Below, in pieces: positions 22,301-31,578 of a stretch of 64,000 bases of DNA. The DNA is from Giardia intestinalis. Taxonomy: Eukaryota. Both the position numbers and the translations under genes were made by a program. A model generated the notes under the pieces. It searched no databases and was not told the DNA's origin. It saw only the letters and a program-made list of their open reading frames with translations. Location: NCBI GenBank assembly GCA_000002435.2, contig CM018790.1; one strand, given 5' to 3'. Every line of letters begins with the position of its first letter. The stretch's first letter is position 1.

Positions 22301-22443
22301 TCAGAGGATGCATTACAAATAATTTACAGGGACAACTACAAGAGTATTTAAAGCACTGCAAACAGGAACTCCTCGACATTGCGACAGAGTCATATATTGT
22401 CAATCTGGATCTCACAAAAACGTTCGTCCAGACACTTACCTAA
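19330..22443 (+). CDS. Divergent kinase-like protein, probably a catalytically dead NEK-type pseudokinase. The N-terminal boundary is uncertain.
   Basis: Residues ~230-330 show kinase C-lobe signatures (VYKAPELFRG ... ADIWALGCLAFEVVAQRKPRF), but the HRD catalytic loop and DFG motif are not recognisable. The listed start at 19258 is GTG; the first in-frame ATG is 19330. A minus-strand ORF (19245-19790) overlaps the first 150 codons. Confidence 0.45.
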   Translation: MAPLSHIYTDISTLSSTPAVVFFKANRRADAAPVLIKLFRTQEDSDSSARIKTIVSFTELLTVTSVALGTISAIREVDSGLLIEYALPPHATIQALPEYLLSKRALTARESGQKASVSRPSSKLSNRPSSTRNLEHSMSTPNISDFPGTETWCTTPRFSRRAYRSRSNKSQSKVTTATAAPEWKVIAATIDRWQERIVWQIVAQLVQGLADFYKAPESLRAGLTPTICPEAIFVVHDSCAPLRPEIVILACILDTHTPVSNTVYKAPELFRGATKGPAADIWALGCLAFEVVAQRKPRFNSAKLVKDPVLQNIDCSPSLLEFITSCCRFSPHERPSLVELMKSKIIHAVMTYMFGIAQTKSELTLVKQLDLTKINMRRLSKSKGFRPTRSEVPVSLTNRSESSDSLSITDILDLCVRSPDTGMHQLPLICYDVAARSGVLGQQCVTWEYDNPCFSADMNECISRRKLLSFLLLPNAADLIGKEALNLLPFLTSFEAIKQLCDLSFDGIAMESDKEFTRQEEAQLLNNLDTIWATILNVPYIPGFLLQDDYFVDRITNELGACAAWVTENNNSIISIKTELCCIYTVLSSLYFTAPQEFCACFLTNNNRFNCILSTAFDQHISKLLTSILTEGHVPPFVITEAHQLFSHSVLQLTSRLDSSDSVIPSGHVFLLINLSGVLLSAATKQTRPIIDPPELMPIVSAIRSLISRGIQFKILVQHFITQLLLILSLSLMHELNNNVYSPTSPAGATLTKLFSCVIKCFEDLPKRECAYHQHSSSHDTIHLIMVLSLTCQVFMLLTYIQRQHLKSLGLDVCSDVFAQDNLLKNSASSSEEMQQPSMSDCITEYIGQTAHIGLRAPESWSQAKINFIKAFVPLKEQFIRFGQELVPYLAQLTLDKELSAVTIVQFFLCRLRNILLDLESRSSSSLGRILTESSFFSKVQHYLILLAQKDGRRPLHVTAFRQEYPEVVYLLATAKRLLYLALGKRDSEVFRGCITNNLQGQLQEYLKHCKQELLDIATESYIVNLDLTKTFVQTLT

Positions 22444-22479
22444 AAGTTGCAAGCAAGCTGCAAGCAGGTTAAATAGAGC

Positions 22480-25400
22480 TCACAATCCGTTACATCTCCT
22501 TCGCCGTATCTTGCACTGGTGACAATACTTTAATAATAATATAATGACAACGATAAGTAAAGCTAGAAGAACAATAGCGATACCAACATATGTGATAAAA
22601 ATCTTCCACTCAAGGGCATTCGGAGAAACGCACACGTCATTGATACATGTGTAGAGACAATTTGCGGGTGTACACATCTGGTCATCAGGGTCGACTGTTG
22701 CATCATCACGCACCTTAAGTGGGATATGGATGCAAGCATCTCCAACGGCGCTTTGCATATCTCCACTGGGACAGCCCTCGCACTGTGACAGGCCTGACAT
22801 AGAAAATTCATCAATGGGGCATCTTTGGACTAACAGCCCCCCGACAGATTCGGGATTTCTGCAAGAGTGACCAGCAGGGCATGGTCTACACCCTCCATTG
22901 GGACCATCCCCGACCATGCTGTGGATTGCTAACGGTAGGTTTGCTGTGTATTCCTGTTCTACAATAGAGTATGGGACATTGGTCTCATTCTTGCTGGCAT
23001 AACATATCAATGTAGAAGCGCTTTTCTTGCAAGTGCCTTGCCCTTCTTCATCTTGATACTCGTTGCCGATGCAGGGGATAGGCATCCCTCTGATGCATCG
23101 GAAACCTCGGGGACAGAGTATCTGTTCCTTTCCCGGAATGCAAAGATACCCTAATAGCAAGCAAGGTACGCAAAAAGCTTTATTCATGAACAGATATGGA
23201 GGGCAATTCGTTGTAAGATACCCAGAACCGTCTGATGTATATTGGACATGGTATATCGGCTCCTGGTAGGCAATCTCCTCAGTTATTGTACTGTAGTTTC
23301 CAGGGTATATTCTATCACATGATTCTGAGTTCTTGCTGGTGAAAAACCCAAAGTCGCATGGCTTCCTGATATTATCCTTACAAATAGAACCGTCCAGGCA
23401 CGGTACACAGTTGAGGCTAGAGTTGAGACCTCTCCACAGATATGTCTTATGTTCGCAACTAACGGGCTCCTCATCTAGGTTATACTGCTCATCCCAATAA
23501 CTGTATGGAATCGTGTACAAACCCCGATGGAATACGTATCCTGTGCTGACTGTATGCATATTACCAGATGATACGGTATATCTTTTCCCGCTGATTATAA
23601 TATCGAAATCCTCATGTGTCCATGTGGTGATATTTGCGTCCATGGGGGCGCAGAGAATCGTTCCAGATGGGATGGTCATAGTGTACTTAGGAAGGTCGCT
23701 ATTCACATCACTGCTAGCATCCTGTGGCATAGCGCCTACTACCCGTGGCTTGATTGAGACGACTCGCATGTTCACCAGAGTAACGTCGTCGCTAAAGGAG
23801 ATAGACACCCCATTTGTCGCATTGTTAGACTGGTGCTTGAAAGATGTGTCACCAATTAAATTCTTGAGCGACATCTTATAGCTAATCATCACCATCTCGC
23901 CGGCTGCGTCTCTCACAGAACGCTGAATTACAGTAAGCATTCGGCAATCTATGGATATAACGTCTCTTACGGTGGAAATAAAGATAACAAGGTACTCTGG
24001 CAAGCTGGTGTGAAAGTCTAGATAGATTTCTACATCGTCATCCGCATTGTATGAATCTATTAGGGCGTACCATCGCTTGGACGAAAAAAGAGTTGGCATA
24101 AACACAGCTGCTGTGCAATCATAATCCATTAGATACGGGAATGGCATTGACGCAGATGTGAATGTATACGATCCAGAAGAATAGTCTAGTTCTGTTATGG
24201 CTATCCTTCGTGTATTAGCCTTGTAATGGGTATACGTATACATACGTGAATAATTGCTAAGGGCTTCCTTCTCTGTATACCCATGGGCATAGTATCTAAA
24301 CGTGCACTGGGTGTCAGTATATGGTAGACTCAATACTCGGTAAGTAAATTCATAGTCTCTCATCAGATCGGTGTCCGAAGTAAGCGCTTCCTTAAACGAT
24401 AGAGACAGGTTCATTGTGCTGCCAATAGATTCTGCGAAAGTCTGATCATACACCCAGGTGAATATGTTCCAGTACATATCTCTTATGGCGACATACCCAC
24501 GTGGCACTGCAGATAGCAAGGCCTTGTACTTTTCGTCAGTAAAGATAAGCAAAGCATTCGCCATTTGCCCATGCCGAGTATTGTAGACGTCCACCACGTC
24601 CGCAATGTCGTCACTAGAGCTGTTCGTCCATCCACAGACATAGTGCACCAAAAGGTCTGCAGGTAGATCCTTCTGTGCGTTAGAATCCTTGCTTAGTTTT
24701 ATTTGAAGTGTTTCAGACGCAAAAAGGCCGGTTGAAAACCAAAGACTAGATTGGTCGGTGTTAGTCCCATCAGAGAACAGAGCGAACGACGATCTAAACG
24801 TGTAGTGAGGCCAACTATACGCTATGTCCTGTACATAGTAGCGCAGAGTGCCGCCACCCTTTTTAAATACTGGACGTATGTTGAAGGCAACAGAACCAGA
24901 TGCAAAAGTATATGAAGAACAATTGATAGTTGCTGCAGGGCTGCTTTCTACATCTGGGACAGAGCTCGTACACACTATCCCAGGAGGGATTGTCAGCTCA
25001 AAGGGGAGAAAGAATAGCTTAGGCGTATCAGTGTCAGATGACGAGGACAGTGAATGGGGTAGGGACCGGTTAAAGCCTGATGCCGGCTGATAGAGATAAG
25101 AGATGATAGCATAGGAAAGCTGCGGAAAGGTGGGAGGTGTCTTGTTGTCCAGCATTTCGGTCAGAGAAGACGTGTAGCAAGGGGCGACTGTCTTCTCAAC
25201 AACAAGATCGAATGAGTTGAGATCACAAATTGGACACTTCCATATGCGTCCAGGAATTGGCTGTGCTATTGCAAGAAAGAATTTTCCTGTTACATCCGCT
25301 TCGCTCTGGACAGAGTAGGCAATAGAGTCGAATCGAGAACCGGGTGTCTGGGGATCTCCGACAATAAGTCTAATAGATAGCCCGCCAAAGCTATACACTG

Positions 25401-26745
25401 AGTTACGCCTATACTCTAAAATAAGCGAGATAGGACGAGAGAGTGCACTAATGAAAGACGAGTCTAACTGCAGCTCTACGGCCATGGTTGTCGTGCTATT
25501 TGGAGGAGTAAATGATCGGGTACGTGGACAATCGCTTGCTAGAAGCATGAACATTTTATACGCCGGGATAGAGTGCTTATCTGACTGTATCTTTAAATGA
25601 TGAGAAGGGGGTACTGTGCCCATTTGGTAAATTTGCCACGCAAGCGACGGAACAGAAAACTCTGTGGCGGCCCCGCTTCCCATAACCTCCATCGGGTCTA
25701 GCTGCGACTTGATCTCCTTGCTCTTACCAAGAAGCGACTCTAGCAGAGTAATCTTTGCTGTGCCAAACTCTGCCAAGCGCCAAAACGATCGCATGAGCTC
25801 TGTAACAGTATCAATTGGAGATGTATCCACCACAAGACAGGAAGGCGCATGGGGAACATAGATCCACGGGCCACCATTCCAGTATGACGCTGCATATGAG
25901 AAAAGGTCTGTTGCATTCAACGTTAACTTGTAGGAGTCGTGATTGGGAAACATGCTTGAAATGAATATGCGGATCGAGGCACGTGCAGGAACATTCTTGA
26001 GCCACTCATAGGCTGATTCTTTAGAATTATTGCCTGGGTTGTGCATGCTCTTGTTGCTTGGTCGTGGGGGGTCGTTGTACAATGAGGCATTCTCTGTGTT
26101 CAGCAGTCTGATAACATCATTATTTGGCGGTTCAGTGTCTTTGTAGGACGAAGGAATACAGATGGGAGAGACAAAAGAGCTGCCTACATTAAGGAAGGCT
26201 TTGTTGTTGGTGAGGAAGCGCATTTTTATTGATACAAAATGCAAGTACGAGCGAACATCCTCCTCGCTGATGCACCTAGATGTATGAATGACCTGGTTCT
26301 GGGTAGAGTATTCCACTCTGAAGGCAGAGACATTGAGCGGTTTTCCTTGCAGCCAAGGCGTTGTAGACTCGGTGTAGTAAGTAGTACGTATGGGCGGACT
26401 ATAAGTACATGTATTTAGATCTATGGCCTGGCTAGACTGCCTCTCAGTCGCAGAAGAGGTAGGAGGGGTGTGATGGTCTGTGGGAAAAGAGTGTGTGTTG
26501 GGCTCAGGGGTGCATATTTTCTCTAGTTGTAGTTTAGAATCATCAGTGTCATCGGAGACAAACCCCACAACCCAACCAGAGATGGCCTGCTTAACAACAC
26601 TTGATGGCTCAGCCCTGAGAAGAGATCCATCAGTGGATGCTAGAACAGTTCCATTGCTCAGAACGCTGAGATAAACGTCTCTTGCTACCGGCTGAAGAGG
26701 CTCGATGGCAAAAAAGAGAGTGGCGAAAACGATCAAGTAATGCAT
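22480..26745 (-). CDS. Giant type-I membrane glycoprotein (~1421 aa) with a membrane-proximal cysteine-rich (EGF/furin-like) module.
   Basis: The listed start at 26766 is GTG; the ATG at 26743-26745 opens directly onto a signal peptide (MHYLIVFATLFFAIEPLQP). The ~1100-aa ectodomain has many NxS/T sites. The last ~250 aa are rich in CxxC and CPxGxxC motifs. A single TM (IFITYVGIAIVLLALLIVVIILLL) is followed by the short basic tail KYCHQCKIRRRRCNGL. Confidence 0.65.
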   Translation of the reverse strand: MHYLIVFATLFFAIEPLQPVARDVYLSVLSNGTVLASTDGSLLRAEPSSVVKQAISGWVVGFVSDDTDDSKLQLEKICTPEPNTHSFPTDHHTPPTSSATERQSSQAIDLNTCTYSPPIRTTYYTESTTPWLQGKPLNVSAFRVEYSTQNQVIHTSRCISEEDVRSYLHFVSIKMRFLTNNKAFLNVGSSFVSPICIPSSYKDTEPPNNDVIRLLNTENASLYNDPPRPSNKSMHNPGNNSKESAYEWLKNVPARASIRIFISSMFPNHDSYKLTLNATDLFSYAASYWNGGPWIYVPHAPSCLVVDTSPIDTVTELMRSFWRLAEFGTAKITLLESLLGKSKEIKSQLDPMEVMGSGAATEFSVPSLAWQIYQMGTVPPSHHLKIQSDKHSIPAYKMFMLLASDCPRTRSFTPPNSTTTMAVELQLDSSFISALSRPISLILEYRRNSVYSFGGLSIRLIVGDPQTPGSRFDSIAYSVQSEADVTGKFFLAIAQPIPGRIWKCPICDLNSFDLVVEKTVAPCYTSSLTEMLDNKTPPTFPQLSYAIISYLYQPASGFNRSLPHSLSSSSDTDTPKLFFLPFELTIPPGIVCTSSVPDVESSPAATINCSSYTFASGSVAFNIRPVFKKGGGTLRYYVQDIAYSWPHYTFRSSFALFSDGTNTDQSSLWFSTGLFASETLQIKLSKDSNAQKDLPADLLVHYVCGWTNSSSDDIADVVDVYNTRHGQMANALLIFTDEKYKALLSAVPRGYVAIRDMYWNIFTWVYDQTFAESIGSTMNLSLSFKEALTSDTDLMRDYEFTYRVLSLPYTDTQCTFRYYAHGYTEKEALSNYSRMYTYTHYKANTRRIAITELDYSSGSYTFTSASMPFPYLMDYDCTAAVFMPTLFSSKRWYALIDSYNADDDVEIYLDFHTSLPEYLVIFISTVRDVISIDCRMLTVIQRSVRDAAGEMVMISYKMSLKNLIGDTSFKHQSNNATNGVSISFSDDVTLVNMRVVSIKPRVVGAMPQDASSDVNSDLPKYTMTIPSGTILCAPMDANITTWTHEDFDIIISGKRYTVSSGNMHTVSTGYVFHRGLYTIPYSYWDEQYNLDEEPVSCEHKTYLWRGLNSSLNCVPCLDGSICKDNIRKPCDFGFFTSKNSESCDRIYPGNYSTITEEIAYQEPIYHVQYTSDGSGYLTTNCPPYLFMNKAFCVPCLLLGYLCIPGKEQILCPRGFRCIRGMPIPCIGNEYQDEEGQGTCKKSASTLICYASKNETNVPYSIVEQEYTANLPLAIHSMVGDGPNGGCRPCPAGHSCRNPESVGGLLVQRCPIDEFSMSGLSQCEGCPSGDMQSAVGDACIHIPLKVRDDATVDPDDQMCTPANCLYTCINDVCVSPNALEWKIFITYVGIAIVLLALLIVVIILLLKYCHQCKIRRRRCNGL

Positions 26746-26872
26746 AAGATTACCAAGGTCAACCACCTTTTTGGAAATTCAGTTGAAATGGCAACGTGGT
26801 TTTTAATAAGTGATAAAACTAAACTCTGTGTTTTGACGCAAAGTTGGTAGTCGGTCCATTTACACAGAAGCC

Positions 26873-27445
26873 TCATAAGAAGTATTCAGAGATAGAGGTA
26901 ATAAGGGTGGGCCTGCTGGTTTTACTACTTCCACTAGTTGTTTCCTTCGCAAGGTTTTCATGGAAAAGGATGCAGTGTCGAGCTGGATGCATGCTATCCT
27001 GAAGAATGTATCGTTCAGTGCAAAGACCTATAGTAAATGTTATGGGGGCCAGATATGGCCCTAGAGAATCCTTGATTGCATGGTCCCGTACCCAGCTAGA
27101 TGCATGGGCCGAGTCGTGCTGCGCAAGCTGGTACTGCACTGGGGTTATGTTTATTTCTGATGGAGCGAAATCTGTCGGCCGCTGCTTGCCGTTTTTGTGG
27201 TCACGATAGCACTCCGTTGGAGCTGTTAGCTTCAAGGTATGGACTAGATCTGCGTTATCCCCCGAAAGGATGAGCGTAGGGGGCATAGCCATATCAATCG
27301 CCATTGTAATAAGTTTAAGAAGCTGATTATATTGGCCGTGCACCGTAGAAACGGATCCGGCTTTAGCAGTATTCGGATCTAGAGAGTCTGTGCCTTGGTC
27401 CTCTGGATCCATCCTTAAGTACTTCTCGAAAAACTGAAGGCTCAT
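26873..27445 (-). CDS. Hypothetical protein (190 aa).
   Basis: True ATG at 27443-27445 with an AT-rich upstream stretch. No homolog recognised. Confidence 0.45.
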   Translation of the reverse strand: MSLQFFEKYLRMDPEDQGTDSLDPNTAKAGSVSTVHGQYNQLLKLITMAIDMAMPPTLILSGDNADLVHTLKLTAPTECYRDHKNGKQRPTDFAPSEINITPVQYQLAQHDSAHASSWVRDHAIKDSLGPYLAPITFTIGLCTERYILQDSMHPARHCILFHENLAKETTSGSSKTSRPTLITSISEYFL

Positions 27446-27457
27446 GACGTAAATAAA
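27446..27457. promoter_or_regulatory. 12-bp bidirectional spacer between two divergent genes.
   Basis: The verified ATGs at 27443-27445 (minus) and 27458-27460 (plus) are separated only by gacgtaaataaa. Confidence 0.35.
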
Positions 27458-30067
27458 ATGATTAAACAGAGACTTATTGAGGCTTTACGTGCTCTAGAAC
27501 TGCCGGTAGATGAGATAGAATCTGTCCCCGCTATAGGTTTACTAAACCCGGTAGTCCTTACCGTTTTGATTCTCGAATTTATTGATTTATTGCCCCCAGA
27601 AAAGCAGATCAAAATCCTACACAAACAGCCCGTAGAGTCTCTGTTAAATAACAGAAGGATCATCTCTGCGTTAGACTTCCTCTGCCTGTATGATTGTATG
27701 GCTTCAAGCAAGATTTCCCTGACACCCGTCCCACCAATCACCACGATACAATCTTTCGCGGATTTATATTCTAAAATTAAGGATTTTCTCCGACGAATGT
27801 GTTACCTGGTGGAGGGCATCATTGCCGGGAGTGCTCTTTTTCCCATGCAAAATACCCTGACAGAGACTGACGCGCAAGCAGCCAAGGTTGAGGAAAACCT
27901 ACTTGGATTGTCTCCTCTTGTTTACTGTGTAAAAACTAATAATGCAGCTACGAATCCAGTTATAACTAACGAGTCGTTCTTGGAAGACAGTCCTGCCAGA
28001 ACCAGAATTGGCAAATCGTTTGAATTCATATTTACGGAGCAGGAAATTGAAAACTTTTCGTACAAAGATTATAACAGTCTACCATTCAAACTAGAAAAAT
28101 ATATTTATGAACTCAATCTGGCTGTTCTGCGGCGGGTTGGTGTCTGCACTGCACCTCATGACATACACTTTTCCTTCCATTTGACAACGACTGTATGCCA
28201 GGACAACAATATGAAAGACACTGGCACATACTATGTTCCACTCCACAGTCCTGCACCAATCATATTACAGCCAGAGAGTTTGACATTTGACCAGATAGAG
28301 CCTGAACTGATAGAGATCTCTCGGTTGCGAAACGCTTCAGATGAGGAGGAAGATGAAGAGGATGCTGATGTTACTACGCCCCGCGAGCGCATTCTTATAC
28401 AGGCCAAGCAGATTGAAGAGCAGATAGAGGTACTCAACCCATCATATACAAATGTCGGTTCTGAAAATCCTTTCTTTAACACACATGCAACAAACACCAC
28501 TAGCTCCTCAGGCCAAATGTGGCAGAAAGTTTCTAGTGAGACGGACGGGATCACCCTCAGTCTACTACCCTCCTCAACAGACGCGAAGCCAAGATGGCTT
28601 GTAGATAGCTCGACACAGCTCAATACTATGGGAAATGGAGATAGTCTGCGGCATGATGGGGACCTGTACGAGACTTTTGATAGAGACAAAGATGGAGTGG
28701 GCGCCCAGAACAAGTTTTCTCACCTATCTGTTACAGCATCAGACAAGGTCTATGAGGTATCACCAAGCAGCAGTCAGCACAACTCTTTCAGAGCAAGTCT
28801 AGAGGACAACAAGTCCTGCTCTTATTCTCAGTCTCAGAGTACATCTAACAACAGTGGGCAAAGTCCACACATATATGCCAATGATGAAGATGCTTCCTTG
28901 GCTCCGTCGCGTGTTACCTTTAATGAGGCCGTAGAAGTTGATCCAGGGAGATGCTATAGGTTAAAGCCTTTTGACGAAATGCAAGACGTAATTAACAGCA
29001 TAGCACTAATGAATAATATGTCTGTTCACATCCATGAACTAGAAGAGAAGGTGTCGTCTCTATTGAGTGAAAATGACAAGTTACTGAATAGATATACTCT
29101 TGTGGTCAACGAACACGAGCATGAAAAGGCTGCACTAAACGCGTCATTGAATGAGGCTCTACAGAAGATAAGAACTCTTGAAGCTAAGGTTTTAGAGTTA
29201 GAAATTAAACAGTCTAGTGACGCGTACTTTACCAAGCTCTCTGTTAGTACGCAACCTCTAGCTCAAAAAACTAATCCTGAAACAGCCAGGTCCCTCACAG
29301 CACACCCACAGCGCACGCGACATTTCCCCGAGATCAGCTTTTCCCCTGTGGCAAGTGACGCTGCCGTACAAAACATATCAATAAAGGGACAGCGAGACAT
29401 AACGTGCAATACTGCAGGTGTTTCTGTTACTGCCGTAGTCGCACAGCCCATAGACAATTCCGCAATACATGACACACATGCAATTCAGCACCCAATCTCA
29501 GAAGCAAATCTAGAGCTCCACGACCTGGACCTTGGCTGCAGTCTTGCTTCAACACCAGCACGTCTGCAGACACACCATCCCTCCACTGCACTAGATCCCT
29601 TGGCCCTATCCACTTCAAAGCAGATTGACTTGTTTTCCAGTCATGAGCATACTCTTGCAGCTCAACGTCCAGGTCTCTTCTCAAACATGCAGCGTTTGAA
29701 TGTAACGCCCATGAAGTCGGCTGAAAGGCGAGAGCGCCGTTCAGAAAGTTTTGACGGCAGCAGCCAGCACTTGAAGAAGTCAAGGAAGCCACGTACTGCC
29801 TCACACAGCCGCGAGAAAAAGGATGTATCTACTAATGCAAACTCGGCTTTGGTGAAGGAGATGCTTGAGAAAATACTCAGCAGCAGCTCCATACAAAATA
29901 AGGCATATCTGGCCGGAGCCAATCAAGTCAAGGCAGAGACCCTATCGTCTCAAATTCGGTCATTGTCAATAGAAAGAGAAGCACCCATGAAGCCACCTGG
30001 ATCTCCAACAAGCAGTGTTCGGAGGCTCAGACACGCGTCGGCCATTACTCGTAGTAATAGGCAGTAA
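27458..30067 (+). CDS. Hypothetical coiled-coil protein (869 aa).
   Basis: True ATG at 27458. An acidic stretch (DEEEDEED) and a heptad-rich segment (LEEKVSSLLSENDKLLNRY...LEAKVLELEIKQ) are present. The C-terminus is Ser/Arg-rich. Confidence 0.55.
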   Translation: MIKQRLIEALRALELPVDEIESVPAIGLLNPVVLTVLILEFIDLLPPEKQIKILHKQPVESLLNNRRIISALDFLCLYDCMASSKISLTPVPPITTIQSFADLYSKIKDFLRRMCYLVEGIIAGSALFPMQNTLTETDAQAAKVEENLLGLSPLVYCVKTNNAATNPVITNESFLEDSPARTRIGKSFEFIFTEQEIENFSYKDYNSLPFKLEKYIYELNLAVLRRVGVCTAPHDIHFSFHLTTTVCQDNNMKDTGTYYVPLHSPAPIILQPESLTFDQIEPELIEISRLRNASDEEEDEEDADVTTPRERILIQAKQIEEQIEVLNPSYTNVGSENPFFNTHATNTTSSSGQMWQKVSSETDGITLSLLPSSTDAKPRWLVDSSTQLNTMGNGDSLRHDGDLYETFDRDKDGVGAQNKFSHLSVTASDKVYEVSPSSSQHNSFRASLEDNKSCSYSQSQSTSNNSGQSPHIYANDEDASLAPSRVTFNEAVEVDPGRCYRLKPFDEMQDVINSIALMNNMSVHIHELEEKVSSLLSENDKLLNRYTLVVNEHEHEKAALNASLNEALQKIRTLEAKVLELEIKQSSDAYFTKLSVSTQPLAQKTNPETARSLTAHPQRTRHFPEISFSPVASDAAVQNISIKGQRDITCNTAGVSVTAVVAQPIDNSAIHDTHAIQHPISEANLELHDLDLGCSLASTPARLQTHHPSTALDPLALSTSKQIDLFSSHEHTLAAQRPGLFSNMQRLNVTPMKSAERRERRSESFDGSSQHLKKSRKPRTASHSREKKDVSTNANSALVKEMLEKILSSSSIQNKAYLAGANQVKAETLSSQIRSLSIEREAPMKPPGSPTSSVRRLRHASAITRSNRQ

Positions 30068-30108
30068 ATATGAAGTGAAATGAATGCCCAAAAATTAATA
30101 CGGGCCCC

Positions 30109-31557
30109 ATGGACAACGATCGCAAGCAACTATGTGAGCGGCTCATTAAAAAGGTATTCCAGTTTGCAGAGCTAAAAGCAAGCCGCATTCAAAGGGCAGA
30201 AAGGCTTGAGCAGAAAATAGCATCTATTAATGCCACCCCAGCAGTCGAGGAAGAGCTCAAGGCAGACCTTAGAAAGCGTGAAAGAGAATATTTGCGTCTC
30301 ATGAGGCGCAAGATCAATGTCAATCTCTTTGAAAAGATCAAGATGCTGGGCAAGGGTGCCTTTGGATCTGTGTGGCTAGTCCGTGAGAAGTCCACCCAGA
30401 AGTACTTCGCTATGAAGCAGCTGTGCAAAGATGAAATGATCAGGAGAGGCCAGGTTGAGCACTGCATTACTGAGAAAGAAATTATGGCTTCTTCTGTTAG
30501 TGATTGGATCATCCGACTATACTACTCCTTTCAGGATGACCTGTATCTCTATCTAGTGATGGAGTTTGCTATTGGTGGGGATCTCATGGGCCTTCTAATT
30601 AGGGTTGACCTGTTTCCAGAACCAGTCGCACGTTTTTATATGTCGCAATGCTGTGCTTGTATTAATGAAATTCATAAGAACAACTCCTTTTATCGGGACG
30701 CCAAGCCAGATAACTTTCTTATTTCGGAAAGCGGACATGTCAAGCTCTCCGATTTCAGTCTAGCCAAGGACTTTAAATCTAGGCCCGGAACAATGGAAGT
30801 AACAACCATGAGTGACGAGCACTTGGGTACCGGATCGATAAACCCGCTTGCAAGCCCTACTCTATCCCCAGGATTGAGCGGCACAGCATCATCCTTGAGG
30901 TCCGAGGCTACCGGATCAATAACTGCTCCCTCCATGACCGTGCCAGACAATGTGGGGATTATGCACAATCGCGCATATTCAACGGTAGGAACTCTTGACT
31001 ACAGCGCCGTGGAGATCGTGCGCAAAGATCCAGGCGGCTATGGTCACAAGGTGGACTGGTGGAGTATGGGCGCCATCTTGTATGAGTGCGTCTTTGGTTA
31101 CCCGCCCTTTGGATCTGACAATCCTCGAGATTCTGTTAAGAAAATAGTCAAATACAAGCAGTACCTCAAATTTCCCGCAGACCCTAAGGTCTCTCCCGAG
31201 TGCATTGATTTAATAAAGCATTTGATATGCGAGCCTGAAGAGCGCTATGACTTCGAGCAGATAAAAGCCCATCCGTGGTTTGCTAACGTTGACTGGAACG
31301 ATCTGCATTCCTACAACCCTCCATTCAAGCCAAATGTTAGCTCTGAAGTCGACCTAAAGTACTTTGATTTCGTGAATGAGGCCAAGGATGGTGGGCCTGT
31401 TGAGGCTCTTCCAGAGTGCAAGGAGCAGGTGAAGTGGTTCTCGCCTCCTACATTTGGAAATTATACATATCGAGCATTTCCTGGCACTGTCGACTTACGC
31501 ACTAACGCAAATAACAGAACCAATGTCAAAGACCTCTTTAAGCCGCCTGGGAATTAA
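30109..31557 (+). CDS. AGC-family NDR/LATS-type Ser/Thr protein kinase.
   Basis: True ATG at 30109. Gly-loop GKGAFGSV and VAIK-equivalent FAMKQL are present. The catalytic loop reads YRDAKPDN and the Mg-binding motif reads DFS. There is an NDR-type insert between the DFS motif and the APE-equivalent (SAVE), and a C-terminal hydrophobic motif FGNYTYRAF. An N-terminal basic/coiled segment typical of the MOB-binding region is present. Confidence 0.8.
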   Translation: MDNDRKQLCERLIKKVFQFAELKASRIQRAERLEQKIASINATPAVEEELKADLRKREREYLRLMRRKINVNLFEKIKMLGKGAFGSVWLVREKSTQKYFAMKQLCKDEMIRRGQVEHCITEKEIMASSVSDWIIRLYYSFQDDLYLYLVMEFAIGGDLMGLLIRVDLFPEPVARFYMSQCCACINEIHKNNSFYRDAKPDNFLISESGHVKLSDFSLAKDFKSRPGTMEVTTMSDEHLGTGSINPLASPTLSPGLSGTASSLRSEATGSITAPSMTVPDNVGIMHNRAYSTVGTLDYSAVEIVRKDPGGYGHKVDWWSMGAILYECVFGYPPFGSDNPRDSVKKIVKYKQYLKFPADPKVSPECIDLIKHLICEPEERYDFEQIKAHPWFANVDWNDLHSYNPPFKPNVSSEVDLKYFDFVNEAKDGGPVEALPECKEQVKWFSPPTFGNYTYRAFPGTVDLRTNANNRTNVKDLFKPPGN

Positions 31558-31571
31558 TATTTGTTGCAGCG

Positions 31572-31578
31572 AGTGAAC
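31572..31578 (+). terminator. Giardia polyadenylation signal AGTGAAC downstream of the NDR kinase gene.
   Basis: AGTRAAY consensus lies 15 nt after the TAA stop. Confidence 0.4.
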
